Below are positions 19,804 to 29,865 of a stretch of DNA of 64,000 nt, piece by piece (position 1 is the stretch's first letter; each line of letters begins with the position of its first letter). Source of the DNA: a phage; the sequence record PZ496581.1; one strand, given 5' to 3'. The notes below the pieces were generated by a model. The model was not told where the DNA came from. It ran no database searches and worked only from the letters and a program-made list of their open reading frames with translations. Both the position numbers and the translations under genes were made by a program.

Positions 19804-20127
19804 AATTATTCCTTGCCAAGAACAGAATTCAGTTTATTAGTAATTTTGTCCAAACGTTCATTGAATTCGCTGGAGGATAAACCCTTTTCCGGAGAAATTA
19901 AACTAATCACGAAAAATACAACAGTAAAAGGAATAAGAAAATAGCTCCAACTGCCATAAACAAAAAGAATGTTACAGTTGTAAGAAAATCAGCTAAACCT
20001 TTACGAAATTTATACATATTTACCCTTAATTAACTAAGCATTGATAAGCACTAAACTATATTGGGAATAAAATTCTGGACCAAAATGAAAAATCATATCA
20101 TTTATAGTATCCATAATATAATTCAAT

Positions 20128-20598
20128 TTAATCATGTTTCCACACCCCATCGGTATTTGTCCAAAGTCGCTGATTATCTGATCCTCGCCACAGCTTTTTA
20201 GTCGGAAGATTTTTCTCATACTTCCCATCAATAATAACATCAACATATTTAAGCATTTCTAGCTGTTTAATATCTTCAAACTTATATCCTGTCCACAACC
20301 AAATGCTTTTATTTGGATAAAGATTTTTTACTGTTTGAGCAATGCAATGAATAACATCTCGATTATCAGGATAGAGAGGGTCACCTCCGGTTATAGTCAA
20401 TCCTTCTATATAATCATTATTCAAACATTCAATTAATTGTTCTAGTGTCTCTCCGGTGAATGGAATACCATTTCTAGCATTCCATGTTGATTTATTATAA
20501 CACCCTTCGCATTTATGCAAACAACCTGTAACGAAAAGAACGACCCTGCAACCAGGGCCATTCACAAAATCGCAAGGATAAAATCTATCATAATTCAT
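20128..20598 (-). CDS. nrdG: anaerobic ribonucleotide reductase activating protein NrdG (radical SAM)
   Basis: Cys cluster CRVVLFVTGCLHKCEGC; 156 aa; directly downstream of nrdD. Confidence 0.88.
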   Translation of the reverse strand: MNYDRFYPCDFVNGPGCRVVLFVTGCLHKCEGCYNKSTWNARNGIPFTGETLEQLIECLNNDYIEGLTITGGDPLYPDNRDVIHCIAQTVKNLYPNKSIWLWTGYKFEDIKQLEMLKYVDVIIDGKYEKNLPTKKLWRGSDNQRLWTNTDGVWKHD

Positions 20599-22412
20599 TG
20601 GTGTTTAACCCTATGCATGATTTCTTTATTTTTACCGAGATTAAATCCGCGTTCGTTAGGATTTCCCAAATAACCGCATGTTCTTCTTATGGTGTTCATC
20701 TTTTTAGGATCAGTTTCTCCACAAACTGAACAAACAAATCCGTTTTCAGTAGGAGTCATTTCATGGGTACTTCCGCATGTAAAACATTTATCTACTGGCA
20801 TATTAACACCAAAATAATCTAAATGTTGTGCAGCATAATCCCATACGGCCTCAAGACCTTTTAAGTTATTTTTCATATCAGGAAGTTCAACATAAGAAAT
20901 GTGACCACCTGTCGCAATGAAATGATATGGCGCTTCATGAGAAATCTTTTCAAACGGAGTAATATTTTCTTCTACTGAAACATGGAAACTATTAGTGTAC
21001 CAGCCTTTATCAGTGACATCCTTTACACTTCCATATTTTTCTGTATCAAGTTTACAGAAGCGATAACAAAGGTTTTCAGCAGGAGTAGAATACAAACTAA
21101 AAGCAAACCCAGTTCTTTCAGTCCACTGTTTAAGATGAGCATTCATTTTAGTTAAAATTTCTTGCCCAATATCACGACCGACAAGAATATTCAATTCGTG
21201 AATACCAATGTATCCTAGGGACACTGAACTTCTACCGTTTTTAAATAACTCAATTATATCGTCATCAGGTTTAAGACGAACCCCGAATGCACCTTCTTGG
21301 TAAAGAATAGGAGCAACAGTCGCTTTAACTCCTTTTAAGGAACTAATTCTACACATCAAAGCTTCAAAACATAAATCCATTCGTTCATTGAATAATTCAA
21401 CAAATTTCTGTTCGTTAAATTGCGTTCCAATATAAGAATCTAACGCGATGCGAGGAAGATTCAATGTTACAACACCAAGATTATTGCGACCATCAAGAAT
21501 TTCATTACCGGTTGAATCTTTCCATACACTCAAGAAACTACGGCAACCCATTGGAGAAACAGGAACTGAAGAACCGGTAATAGCTTTATTATTCTTAACC
21601 GAAATAATGTCAGGATACATTCTTTTGCTTGCACATTCTAACGCAAGTTGTTTAATATCATAGTTTGGATCATCTTTATAAAGATTAACACCTTCTTCAA
21701 CAAACATAACAAGCTTAGGGAAAATAGGAGTTATCCCATCACGACCAAGACCTTTAATACGATTTTTCAGAATTGCTTTCTGAATCATTCGTTCAGTCCA
21801 GTCAGTTCCCGTACCAAATGTAATTGTTACAAAAGGAGTTTGTCCGTTTGAACTAAAGAGAGTATTTACTTCATACTCATAAGCTTGAAATGCGTCATAG
21901 ACATCTTTTTCTGTTTTGGATTGAGCATAATTCAACGCATCAGCGATTTGCCATTTTTCTGCATCCTCAATATGTTTTGCATAGGTGCGTTTAACATAAG
22001 GAGAAAGTACTTTATCTACATTCGCAAATGTAGTTCCGCCATACTGGTGTGAAGCAACCTGTGCGGTAATTTGTGCCATAATTGCAGTAGCAACGCCAAT
22101 TGATTTAGGAGTTTCAATCTGTGCATTACCTAGCTTAAATCCATTCTCAAGCATCCCCTTTAAATCGACTAAACAGCAATTGGTAAACGGAAGAGCAGGA
22201 GAATAATCAATATCATGCATGTGAATGATTCCGCTTTCATGCGCATTCATAATAAAAGACGGGACCATATTTTTGGCAATGTGCTTAGACACAATACCAG
22301 CCATAAGGTCCCGTTGAGTTGGAAAAACACGAGAATCTTTATTAGCATTCTCGTTCAAAAGATCTTTATTAGTTTTATAAATTAATCCTTCAATTTCTTT
22401 TTCAATTTTCAT
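20595..22412 (-). CDS. nrdD: anaerobic ribonucleoside-triphosphate reductase NrdD
   Basis: 605 aa; C-terminal glycyl-radical motif RTCGYLG and Zn-ribbon CFTCGS...CSVCG; ORF is continuous (no intron). Confidence 0.95.
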   Translation of the reverse strand: MKIEKEIEGLIYKTNKDLLNENANKDSRVFPTQRDLMAGIVSKHIAKNMVPSFIMNAHESGIIHMHDIDYSPALPFTNCCLVDLKGMLENGFKLGNAQIETPKSIGVATAIMAQITAQVASHQYGGTTFANVDKVLSPYVKRTYAKHIEDAEKWQIADALNYAQSKTEKDVYDAFQAYEYEVNTLFSSNGQTPFVTITFGTGTDWTERMIQKAILKNRIKGLGRDGITPIFPKLVMFVEEGVNLYKDDPNYDIKQLALECASKRMYPDIISVKNNKAITGSSVPVSPMGCRSFLSVWKDSTGNEILDGRNNLGVVTLNLPRIALDSYIGTQFNEQKFVELFNERMDLCFEALMCRISSLKGVKATVAPILYQEGAFGVRLKPDDDIIELFKNGRSSVSLGYIGIHELNILVGRDIGQEILTKMNAHLKQWTERTGFAFSLYSTPAENLCYRFCKLDTEKYGSVKDVTDKGWYTNSFHVSVEENITPFEKISHEAPYHFIATGGHISYVELPDMKNNLKGLEAVWDYAAQHLDYFGVNMPVDKCFTCGSTHEMTPTENGFVCSVCGETDPKKMNTIRRTCGYLGNPNERGFNLGKNKEIMHRVKHQ

Positions 22413-22882
22413 TTTAAACTCTTTCTAAGTTGCTTCTTAAATGAAGCTATTAACTGTGTTTTGGTGTCAGATTCATTATATTCAAATCCTCTTTGAAGCA
22501 TCTCAGCCATCATTTCCTCTTTACCTAGTCTTGAGAACTCTTTAGTTTTGTCTGGAACAAAATTAGGATGGATATTATTATCAGAATAATCTTGTTTCAA
22601 ATAAGCAAGAAGAGCTTCAAGCCATTCGAGGTAGTCGACATCACGTCCTTTAAGACCGGAACGGTTGAACTTATGCTTCATTTGACCTTCTGCTGCGTTG
22701 CACAGATTACAGAGTAATCCACGAACTCTACCGGCTTTTGGCCCGTTTAATTCGTGGTCGTGGTCAAGATGGTTACCTTGAACATCAGGGTCTAATTCAC
22801 GGTGGCAAATAGGACACTTACCGTTCTGTGCATCATAAAATTTTTGTTTTTCTTCTTTATATTTTGCGCCTGATAATAACAT
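22409..22882 (-). CDS. 49: endonuclease VII (Holliday junction resolvase) gp49
   Basis: 157 aa; CPICHRELDP...HLDHDHEL...LLCNLCN matches T4 EndoVII motifs as recalled. Confidence 0.88.
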   Translation of the reverse strand: MLLSGAKYKEEKQKFYDAQNGKCPICHRELDPDVQGNHLDHDHELNGPKAGRVRGLLCNLCNAAEGQMKHKFNRSGLKGRDVDYLEWLEALLAYLKQDYSDNNIHPNFVPDKTKEFSRLGKEEMMAEMLQRGFEYNESDTKTQLIASFKKQLRKSLK

Positions 22883-22917
22883 GATAAACCCTTACCTTAA
22901 ATAGATAAGGGTATTTA

Positions 22918-23343
22918 TTAACTTAAACGTCTTTCTAAATATTCAATGTATTCTGCGGCTGCTTGCATCAGGTTACCTTCATAGCCGTCGTTATTTTCTT
23001 GTCCGGCTAATTTAGCTAATGCATAAGAAATTCGTTCACCTTCGAATTCACCAAGTTTACTACCTAGCACATCCGCAATATCAGCCGAATCAATTTCTTC
23101 GAGTTCATCTATTGAATGTGATTCCCAGAAGCACCAAAGAGAAGTATCACGGTCATAGATGCAAAGTTTCTCACCTGTGTTCAACATCACTTCGATAATG
23201 CCATGGTCGCCATAACCATCTTCGGTCGTAGTACCAATTACCTTGATGATCGTATCTTTCTTTAATTCAGGAAACTTGACTTGTAGTTCTTCATCTTCTT
23301 TAACAATCTTGAACCACTTACCACGTGTGTCAGAAATATTCAT
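22918..23343 (-). CDS. hypothetical acidic protein, 141 aa
   Basis: ORF track. Confidence 0.5.
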   Translation of the reverse strand: MNISDTRGKWFKIVKEDEELQVKFPELKKDTIIKVIGTTTEDGYGDHGIIEVMLNTGEKLCIYDRDTSLWCFWESHSIDELEEIDSADIADVLGSKLGEFEGERISYALAKLAGQENNDGYEGNLMQAAAEYIEYLERRLS

Positions 23344-23344
23344 A

Positions 23345-23542
23345 TCAATATCCTCTATAAAAGTTGCGATGCGTGCGTTTCGCTTTGCGAAGCTGACGTT
23401 TAGTTGGTCGAACCGTAAATGGTCGTCCGGAGAAAAAATTTGGTTCAGTTTTAATCAACACATACCAATCGTGTTCGCCACTTTTTAATAAACGGTATAA
23501 CAATTTAACTTGCATAATAATCTCTTCCCATTTCCAAATCAA
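23345..23542 (-). CDS. hypothetical protein, 65 aa
   Basis: ORF track. Confidence 0.4.
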   Translation of the reverse strand: MIWKWEEIIMQVKLLYRLLKSGEHDWYVLIKTEPNFFSGRPFTVRPTKRQLRKAKRTHRNFYRGY

Positions 23543-23643
23543 TCATATCGTTTACTGTAGGTTCATCATAACACGTTTCTTCGTCGTTGTAAACTGTTTC
23601 GACGTCTGGCTCGACAGTTTCCCATCGAGCCGAATACCATGGT

Positions 23644-23853
23644 TTAACCCCGGAGTTTATTGAGCTCTTCATAATCAATCCAGGATTCTAGTCCGGACGG
23701 CAAAGCTGATTCAATTTCCCAAAGAAGCTCTTCAATTTTCTGAAGACGATCTAATTCTTCAACAGGAATAGTAACCATTGATGGAGCTCTTGCTGCACTA
23801 ATATCGTAAATCATATTTACCCCAGTTTGACCATGCAATCGCCATATTTCCAT
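23644..23853 (-). CDS. hypothetical protein, 69 aa
   Basis: ORF track. Confidence 0.45.
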   Translation of the reverse strand: MEIWRLHGQTGVNMIYDISAARAPSMVTIPVEELDRLQKIEELLWEIESALPSGLESWIDYEELNKLRG

Positions 23854-24032
23854 TTAGAAATAGACTTTTCGCCATTAGAATAATAAACTTCGAGTTTAGC
23901 ACGATTATTTTTAATTTGAATAACCTTGGCTGTCATCAAAGTTCCATACCCATAGTAAACTGCAACTTCATCACCTACATATACCGCGTTTCCACGGTAG
24001 TCATGGATATAATCAGTTCCTTCAAGCATCAT
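23817..24032 (-). CDS. hypothetical protein, 71 aa
   Basis: ORF track. Confidence 0.45.
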   Translation of the reverse strand: MMLEGTDYIHDYRGNAVYVGDEVAVYYGYGTLMTAKVIQIKNNRAKLEVYYSNGEKSISKWKYGDCMVKLG

Positions 24033-24292
24033 TTAAAATATTCTCGCAGTTGATCAAATCCACCAATGTGACTTCCGTCAGGAGCAAACACTTGAGGCAT
24101 AGTCAATCCGACTTGTGATTCACGTCCAAGCTTAACCAGAAGCTCAGCAATTTTCTCATCATCAAAAACACCTTTTTCTGGCATAACATTAATGAATTCG
24201 AATGGCTGTTTCTTAACAGTCAGCAATCGTTTCGCGTTATCACAGAAAACGCAACGGTGAATAGTAGAGTCATACCCGTACACTTTAAACAT
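24029..24292 (-). CDS. nrdC: thioredoxin/glutaredoxin NrdC, 87 aa
   Basis: MFKVYGYDSTIHRCVFCDNAKRLL matches T4 NrdC as recalled; start trimmed to MFKV. Confidence 0.85.
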   Translation of the reverse strand: MFKVYGYDSTIHRCVFCDNAKRLLTVKKQPFEFINVMPEKGVFDDEKIAELLVKLGRESQVGLTMPQVFAPDGSHIGGFDQLREYFK

Positions 24293-24698
24293 TATTTTTC
24301 CTTTCATCGATTAAATATGCAACACCAAATACAATACATGTAATAAAACCTGTGATACAGATAGAAACCAACAACACTGTACCAAAGAACCAAATCAGGT
24401 TATCTTTAGTAGTTTGTTTGATATCCATCTCACGAATTTCTATAGCTATCGTATCACCTTTATTCAGAAGCGTATAAAACGACGGTGATACACGCCTGTC
24501 AAAAACTCGTCCTTGCTCATCTTTATAGACTGCAATAAATTCTAATTTAGAATATTTTCCTGTAGATTGACCTGAAATTAATTCCACTACCTCCACAGGA
24601 ATTACTTTAGTTTCCATGTAAGTATTCTGGCTGTTCCAAATGAATGGAATGATGGCAAAAACTAAAGCTGCAATAAAACAACGAAGGCTATATCTCAT
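24285..24698 (-). CDS. membrane protein, 137 aa
   Basis: Hydrophobic N- and C-terminal segments. Confidence 0.5.
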   Translation of the reverse strand: MRYSLRCFIAALVFAIIPFIWNSQNTYMETKVIPVEVVELISGQSTGKYSKLEFIAVYKDEQGRVFDRRVSPSFYTLLNKGDTIAIEIREMDIKQTTKDNLIWFFGTVLLVSICITGFITCIVFGVAYLIDERKNNV

Positions 24699-25003
24699 TA
24701 TAATGTTCTCTCAAATTTGTGGAAGCATTTACGGCATTTCAATTTCAAGTTATCAGTGGTCCAGTTAACCAGTTGGACTTGGATAGTTCCACATTCTGGG
24801 CATGGATGTTTTGCTGCCGATTTGGCAGCATTTTCACGTCGTTCAACCATTTTCATTATTTCGTTCCATGCTGGAGGAACGAACTCTTCTTCACTATGAA
24901 TTTTATCTCGCTGAACAAATTCAATCTTTGAACTATCATCAATAAACTTAACTAAGCCATGATTAGTGTTCATATCAATATCCTCTAAAAGACGTAGTTT
25001 CAT
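24698..25003 (-). CDS. zinc-ribbon protein, 101 aa
   Basis: CPECG...CRKC pair of CxxC motifs. Confidence 0.5.
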   Translation of the reverse strand: MKLRLLEDIDMNTNHGLVKFIDDSSKIEFVQRDKIHSEEEFVPPAWNEIMKMVERRENAAKSAAKHPCPECGTIQVQLVNWTTDNLKLKCRKCFHKFERTL

Positions 25004-25953
25004 TATAAAACCTCAATGGCATTTCGTAAACCATCCGCTTTTGCATTAAGAGCTTTTAATGATTTAGTTTGTTCTGCAATCTGGGCTTCGACTTCTTTCA
25101 GACGAGATTTGAGATATTCGCGTTCTTCTCTTAAGTTATCAACTTTTTCTACTTTAGGTTCTTTAATAGGCTTAGGTTTATACGTATTAGGGTTCTTCAG
25201 CTTAATTTGAATACGAGAACTGAATAACATTGAACCGTTATCTTCGGTTTCACTATGCATTTCTACCACGTCCATGATTCTTAACATCATGCGAAGTTTA
25301 TAAGACAGCGAACGAATGGTTTTATTGTGCTTCTTAATTTCTTCAGCTTTCATGGTGCCGAGATTACGTGAGTAGTAATAAGGAACCTGAATATCAATTG
25401 ATAATGATGCGGTACCATTACCAGTTGGTTTGAATACTGCAGTAACCCAATCTTTAACATGAACTTTATTTGTACGATCATCGCCACCTGTGAATAATTT
25501 ACAAGAATGTTTAAAAAGCATATTCACTTGGTTATTGAATTCACAAGCAAATTTATCAGCAAATTTAGTTTCAGGAATGGTAGTTAACCAATCAGCCAAA
25601 TGAGTCTTTTTAACATCATTAACAATAGTGAATTCAACCAAATCGGTTTTAGATGTCACAGATTTAATAAAGCTCGGCTTCATAAAGTTTTTAATGTTAT
25701 CGCGAGCTACAGTAGAAGATAATAAACGAGAACGTTTGAACCATTGAAGCAACGTCCCTAACGAATGAGAATACGCATTTTGAGTATCTTTACAGATATG
25801 ATTTTCTTGGCCTATGTATGTACCAAAATCGCGAAGAATACCACTTACTACATCTCGGTGTGGAACATCAAATCCTAATGAACCAGAAGCACGTTGGGCA
25901 TGAACGTTAGCGATAAGACCTGCAAAGTATTCAATGTAATGTGAACGTGTCAT
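25003..25953 (-). CDS. hypothetical protein with C-terminal coiled coil, 316 aa
   Basis: ORF track; early promoter module immediately upstream. Confidence 0.6.
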   Translation of the reverse strand: MTRSHYIEYFAGLIANVHAQRASGSLGFDVPHRDVVSGILRDFGTYIGQENHICKDTQNAYSHSLGTLLQWFKRSRLLSSTVARDNIKNFMKPSFIKSVTSKTDLVEFTIVNDVKKTHLADWLTTIPETKFADKFACEFNNQVNMLFKHSCKLFTGGDDRTNKVHVKDWVTAVFKPTGNGTASLSIDIQVPYYYSRNLGTMKAEEIKKHNKTIRSLSYKLRMMLRIMDVVEMHSETEDNGSMLFSSRIQIKLKNPNTYKPKPIKEPKVEKVDNLREEREYLKSRLKEVEAQIAEQTKSLKALNAKADGLRNAIEVL

Positions 25954-25982
25954 AATATTTTCCTCTCGTTAAGATAAATTCA

Positions 25983-26011
25983 TTATACTCCAACCATCCT
26001 TGGTTGTAAAC
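25983..26011 (-). promoter_or_regulatory. early-type promoter (-35 GTTTAC, -10 TATAAT)
   Basis: Minus strand reads GTTTACaaccaaggatggttggagTATAAT. Confidence 0.55.
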
Positions 26012-26015
26012 TATT

Positions 26016-26975
26016 TTATGATTTTAATGCATTCATTGCGTTAAAAAGTTTAGAATACTGCAACTGGAGATTCGTTACAACACTTTGAGCATCACGAAGC
26101 TTAGCTTGTGCTTTGTCAAGTTCAACGGATAGTTGGTCTACAGTGGCCTTGATTTGATTGTAATGGTAATCTTCGGCCGGAAGAAGGTCATTAGAAACAT
26201 TTAGTTTTACTGCAGACAGTTTGCACACATTTGGCAAACCTTTAAACATTGATTTACCCGAAGTAGAATATGCACCTAGAACTTCAGCATTGCCAGTTGG
26301 GGTTGCAGTAATTGACGCTTCGAACGTTGCATTTTCCTTTTTAAGATTTTGATAGTATTCAGAGTCTTTGTGCCACCATGACGCAGGAACCTTTTTACCA
26401 ATAGATACACGAGCCTGGATAGCGATATGGCCCTTATTCTTGATAGGGTCGATAATATTAAGCTCACGAGAATAAATTGCTTTAATCTGGTGGATATTAT
26501 CACCTAAAACTTCCAACGCTTGGTGGAATACACGAGCAACGTTATCATTCTTAGGTTTATACGTAAGAGTGAACTCGTTCTCACTGATAACCATGATTTC
26601 CAACTTATCGTAAGTATATTTCAAATGTTTCATGTTAATTGCTTGAGGACGAATACGAGAAGCAATGGCCATCAGATTGTTAAGGTTATTCCGGAACTGC
26701 TTAGCGAAATATTGTCCTTCACCGCCAATACAAAAATTACGAAGTTTCTGTTTGGCTAATAAACGGCTGAACTCACCATTTTTAATGAACTCTTTAACGG
26801 GTGTGTTAGTAACGCATTCAAATTGAGTAAACTTACGAGAATTAATCCCATAATATGAACAGATTTCCTCAATCTCTTCAGGAGTCTTTACAGGCATACG
26901 GATAGGATTAGGACCTGGGGTATATGCGTTCGAGGTAAATTCTTTGATAAGTTCTCTACGTGTAATAGAAGCCAT
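26016..26975 (-). CDS. hypothetical protein with C-terminal coiled coil, 319 aa
   Basis: ORF track; near-identical promoter module upstream. Confidence 0.6.
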   Translation of the reverse strand: MASITRRELIKEFTSNAYTPGPNPIRMPVKTPEEIEEICSYYGINSRKFTQFECVTNTPVKEFIKNGEFSRLLAKQKLRNFCIGGEGQYFAKQFRNNLNNLMAIASRIRPQAINMKHLKYTYDKLEIMVISENEFTLTYKPKNDNVARVFHQALEVLGDNIHQIKAIYSRELNIIDPIKNKGHIAIQARVSIGKKVPASWWHKDSEYYQNLKKENATFEASITATPTGNAEVLGAYSTSGKSMFKGLPNVCKLSAVKLNVSNDLLPAEDYHYNQIKATVDQLSVELDKAQAKLRDAQSVVTNLQLQYSKLFNAMNALKS

Positions 26976-27002
26976 TTTGTGTTCCTCATGTTGAAAAATT
27001 TA

Positions 27003-27031
27003 TTATACTCCAACCATCCTTGGTTGTACAT
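27003..27031 (-). promoter_or_regulatory. early-type promoter, duplicate of the 25983 module
   Basis: Minus strand reads GTACAaccaaggatggttggagTATAAT; spacer identical to copy at 25983-26011. Confidence 0.5.
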
Positions 27032-27101
27032 CATTCCTTAAGAAGTTTTACTACTTGAATAAGATTAGCTCGTTCTGTTTTATTTTTACCATTTAAGCCT
27101 G

Positions 27102-27395
27102 CTAATCGTGAGATTTCATCGTCAGAACGTTAAGTTTATTCAGCGCGCTGAAGATTCCATCAGCCATTGATTTTCCATAACCTTTACACGCTTTAATAAG
27201 TGCTCGCGGCAGATTAGTATAGATTTCAGACGGCATATGAAAATCAAATTTACTAGTCAGTAATTGATGAACTTGGATAGCAATTTGCTCATAATTAAGT
27301 GCTCTGCGATCGTTATGGTCTTTAAACCACACTTTAATCTGTGAAGCACATAAACCGTTAATTTCATGTTTTACCGCATCAGATGTAATGCTCAT
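27102..27395 (-). CDS. hypothetical protein, 97 aa
   Basis: ORF track. Confidence 0.5.
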   Translation of the reverse strand: MSITSDAVKHEINGLCASQIKVWFKDHNDRRALNYEQIAIQVHQLLTSKFDFHMPSEIYTNLPRALIKACKGYGKSMADGIFSALNKLNVLTMKSHD

Positions 27396-27457
27396 AACTA
27401 TTTCCTCAGATTGAATTGGAACTCAAAACCATTATAACCCGTCCTTGGGTAAAGCGT

Positions 27458-27985
27458 TTATGCGTGAACCGTCTTTAAACGTTCTTCAAATTTCCGAAGA
27501 GTACTAATACGTTCTGCTTTCTGTTTTGTATAGTTTGCAATACGTTCTGAAGTGAGAGCGTATCGTTCGTTTACTGTTTCTTTCATGAAGTCAGGGATTT
27601 CACGAGAAGCTTTAATTTCATCAAACTTATCGAGTACTGCCTGGTCTTCAGCAATTAAATTTTCGTACATCTCGATATCTTTCTTGATGAAGTCGATATC
27701 TTCCTGGGTTACTTTGGATAAACGAGATGCTTTATCCTTTTTGTACTGCTCGTTAGTTTCACGAGACCAGAATAATGTACGTTTTTTGTTAGTGTTTTTG
27801 TAGACTTCCACAATTCCAACTGAATCGATGATAACAATCCAATTCCAGCGAGATTTGAAAATCTGACCTCCGTCCACGATAATCTCATTACCATAAGCAA
27901 TGTCATTAAAGAACTTACTTTGTGCTTCAGATTTAAATTTACCGTCGTTATAATTTACCAGGTTGAAAATATCTTTAGCGTTCAT
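27458..27985 (-). CDS. hypothetical protein, 175 aa
   Basis: ORF track. Confidence 0.55.
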   Translation of the reverse strand: MNAKDIFNLVNYNDGKFKSEAQSKFFNDIAYGNEIIVDGGQIFKSRWNWIVIIDSVGIVEVYKNTNKKRTLFWSRETNEQYKKDKASRLSKVTQEDIDFIKKDIEMYENLIAEDQAVLDKFDEIKASREIPDFMKETVNERYALTSERIANYTKQKAERISTLRKFEERLKTVHA

Positions 27986-28011
27986 GTTTTACCTCCAGTA
28001 GTTGATAGGTC

Positions 28012-28040
28012 TATAATAACATAACCATAGACCTTGTAAA
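28012..28040 (-). promoter_or_regulatory. early-type promoter with inverted repeat flanking the -10
   Basis: Minus strand GTTTACaaggtctatggttaTGTTATTATagacct. Confidence 0.5.
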
Positions 28041-28043
28041 CAG

Positions 28044-28331
28044 CTAAAAGAAACTTTTTTCGGTATTTTTTCCACTGAACCAAACAGACTTCGGTATTTT
28101 CTGTAATTTTTCAGATTTAAGTTTCTCTTCCTTCTCTTTCTTATATACATCCTTGTCGTACTGGAGCATCTCTATGGCATTCTTTTGCAAACGATCTAAG
28201 GTAATTAAGGCTTTAGTTTTTCCTTTCAAGGAAGAGTCCTGGCGAACCTCCTCGCTATATTGCATTGTAGAACTAACCATACGATGAGCATAGAGTTCGA
28301 CTGCGGCTTTAATTTTTTGCATAAAATCCAT
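28044..28331 (-). CDS. hypothetical protein, 95 aa
   Basis: ORF track. Confidence 0.45.
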   Translation of the reverse strand: MDFMQKIKAAVELYAHRMVSSTMQYSEEVRQDSSLKGKTKALITLDRLQKNAIEMLQYDKDVYKKEKEEKLKSEKLQKIPKSVWFSGKNTEKSFF

Positions 28332-28469
28332 AACATATCCTCTTTGATTTGTACATCATTATTTTTAAATATTTCTATGCCCTCAGTAGGTTCCTGGTGT
28401 CCTTCTTTGAGGTAAGCCATATGATTATTCATCTTTATAGCTTTTGTTACCTCAGAACTTCCTATAAGC

Positions 28470-29471
28470 TTATTTCAGTAAAGTTACTTCAGAGATTTCC
28501 TCCCAACCATCTTTATCAGTTGAAATAAAATCTGCTACATAAAGAGCCGTACGTAATGATACATTGCGAAGACGAGATACGTTAGCCTTCATCCAGGACA
28601 ATGCTTTATACGTTTCTGCATCCGTCAGACCACGTTTCTGCATCATGTCAGTAGATAATATTACATCTTCAACTCGAACCATAATCTCTTCATTAGAGTG
28701 TACTCCAAGGTCGAGATACACTGAACGAGATACTAAAGCTTGAAGGTGTGGAGCAAGTTTCGAACCCCGTTCTAACTCTTTATCGATATCAACGTTTGTA
28801 ATGAAAACGATAGTACCTTCAAACACAAATTCTTTATCAATACCCTTATCATCGAGATAAGATGACGCAGTGCTCCAACAAACTTTGCGTTTATCTCCGG
28901 TATCTAATGCTGCTTTAAGAAGGTTCAAGATATCCATATCCGAGAATACGTCAACGTCATCGATTAAGAGAACGCTGTCTGCATCACGGTTGAGCCAAAG
29001 TTGTTCGTAAAGGCCAATACCAGAGATTTTACCATTAATGCTTTTGTATTTGATGAAACCATTATCATTAGCATTATTAAGTGCTTTATCCAGAGAATAC
29101 GTCTTACCAATACCAGCTGCACCTGAAATAATGAGTGAACGAATTTTGCCATCGATAATGCCATTCGTCATCATGTTCATTACTTTAAAGCGTTTGTTGA
29201 TACGAGTTTTCATATCTTCAGTGCTTTCAACAACTGCAACTGGTGATGTCTCAACTCCTTCCATTACGATGTCTGATTTGAAGACCCATACTCCACGTTC
29301 AGAACCATCAATCATAACGAAAATTTTACCATCACCTAAGTGGGAACATTCAGGATTAAGCTTTGCTGGGAACCAGGTCTTTGTGGCAACATAAGAACCA
29401 GAGATTTCGTTATTACGATAGATACCTTTTTTGATTTGAACGTTGAACATTTTATTCTCCAATTTACTCAT
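28470..29471 (-). CDS. P-loop AAA-type ATPase, 333 aa
   Basis: Walker A GAAGIGKT; Walker B LLIDDVD. Confidence 0.7.
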   Translation of the reverse strand: MSKLENKMFNVQIKKGIYRNNEISGSYVATKTWFPAKLNPECSHLGDGKIFVMIDGSERGVWVFKSDIVMEGVETSPVAVVESTEDMKTRINKRFKVMNMMTNGIIDGKIRSLIISGAAGIGKTYSLDKALNNANDNGFIKYKSINGKISGIGLYEQLWLNRDADSVLLIDDVDVFSDMDILNLLKAALDTGDKRKVCWSTASSYLDDKGIDKEFVFEGTIVFITNVDIDKELERGSKLAPHLQALVSRSVYLDLGVHSNEEIMVRVEDVILSTDMMQKRGLTDAETYKALSWMKANVSRLRNVSLRTALYVADFISTDKDGWEEISEVTLLK

Positions 29472-29487
29472 TTCGTTTCGATAGGTC

Positions 29488-29516
29488 TATAATAACATAT
29501 CCTAAAAGCATGTACA
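29488..29516 (-). promoter_or_regulatory. early-type promoter
   Basis: Minus strand TGTACA...TGTTATTAT about 20 nt upstream of the ATPase ATG. Confidence 0.45.
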
Positions 29517-29547
29517 CTACTTTTTAAAAATATTTTAACCCCCTAAA

Positions 29548-29564
29548 GGGACCCGAAGGTCCCC
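29548..29564 (-). terminator. GGGACC-UUCG-GGUCCC hairpin (terminator-like)
   Basis: Stable tetraloop hairpin downstream of ORF 29625..29834. Confidence 0.4.
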
Positions 29565-29624
29565 ACATTTACTTATCGCACTTAGCAACATAATTAGGCA
29601 TATCACAGAATACAGAGCGAGTAA

Positions 29625-29834
29625 CTACTCGGCCCTTTGACCATGCTTCAGTTGCTTGTCCGGCCGTGCTATTAATATAGCTTGATTTAAGTTCTCAATA
29701 CCCTGAGAATGTGATGCATTTACCGAACCATTGGAAGGCCCAGAAGACTGGTTACCACCAGCTCCTGCACCTGTGGTAGCACCAACAGAGAATGCCATCA
29801 TTACTGCGAATAAACCAATTACTAATTTTTTCAT
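29625..29834 (-). CDS. small secreted/lipoprotein-like protein, 69 aa
   Basis: N-terminal signal-peptide-like MKKLVIGLFAVMMAFSVGA then Gly/Ser/Asn-rich tail. Confidence 0.45.
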   Translation of the reverse strand: MKKLVIGLFAVMMAFSVGATTGAGAGGNQSSGPSNGSVNASHSQGIENLNQAILIARPDKQLKHGQRAE

Positions 29835-29865
29835 ATTTACCTCAAGTTAAGGGTTATTTATCTAT

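Noticed and set aside
20595-22412. Group I intron in nrdD (present in T4)
   Set aside because: The nrdD reading frame is continuous over 605 codons
28226-28432. Nested/overlapping ORFs such as 28226..28432, 20034..20246, 26276..26503, 33531..33731, 9761..9994, 10464..10658
   Set aside because: Each is embedded in or heavily overlaps a better-supported gene on the same strand in another frame
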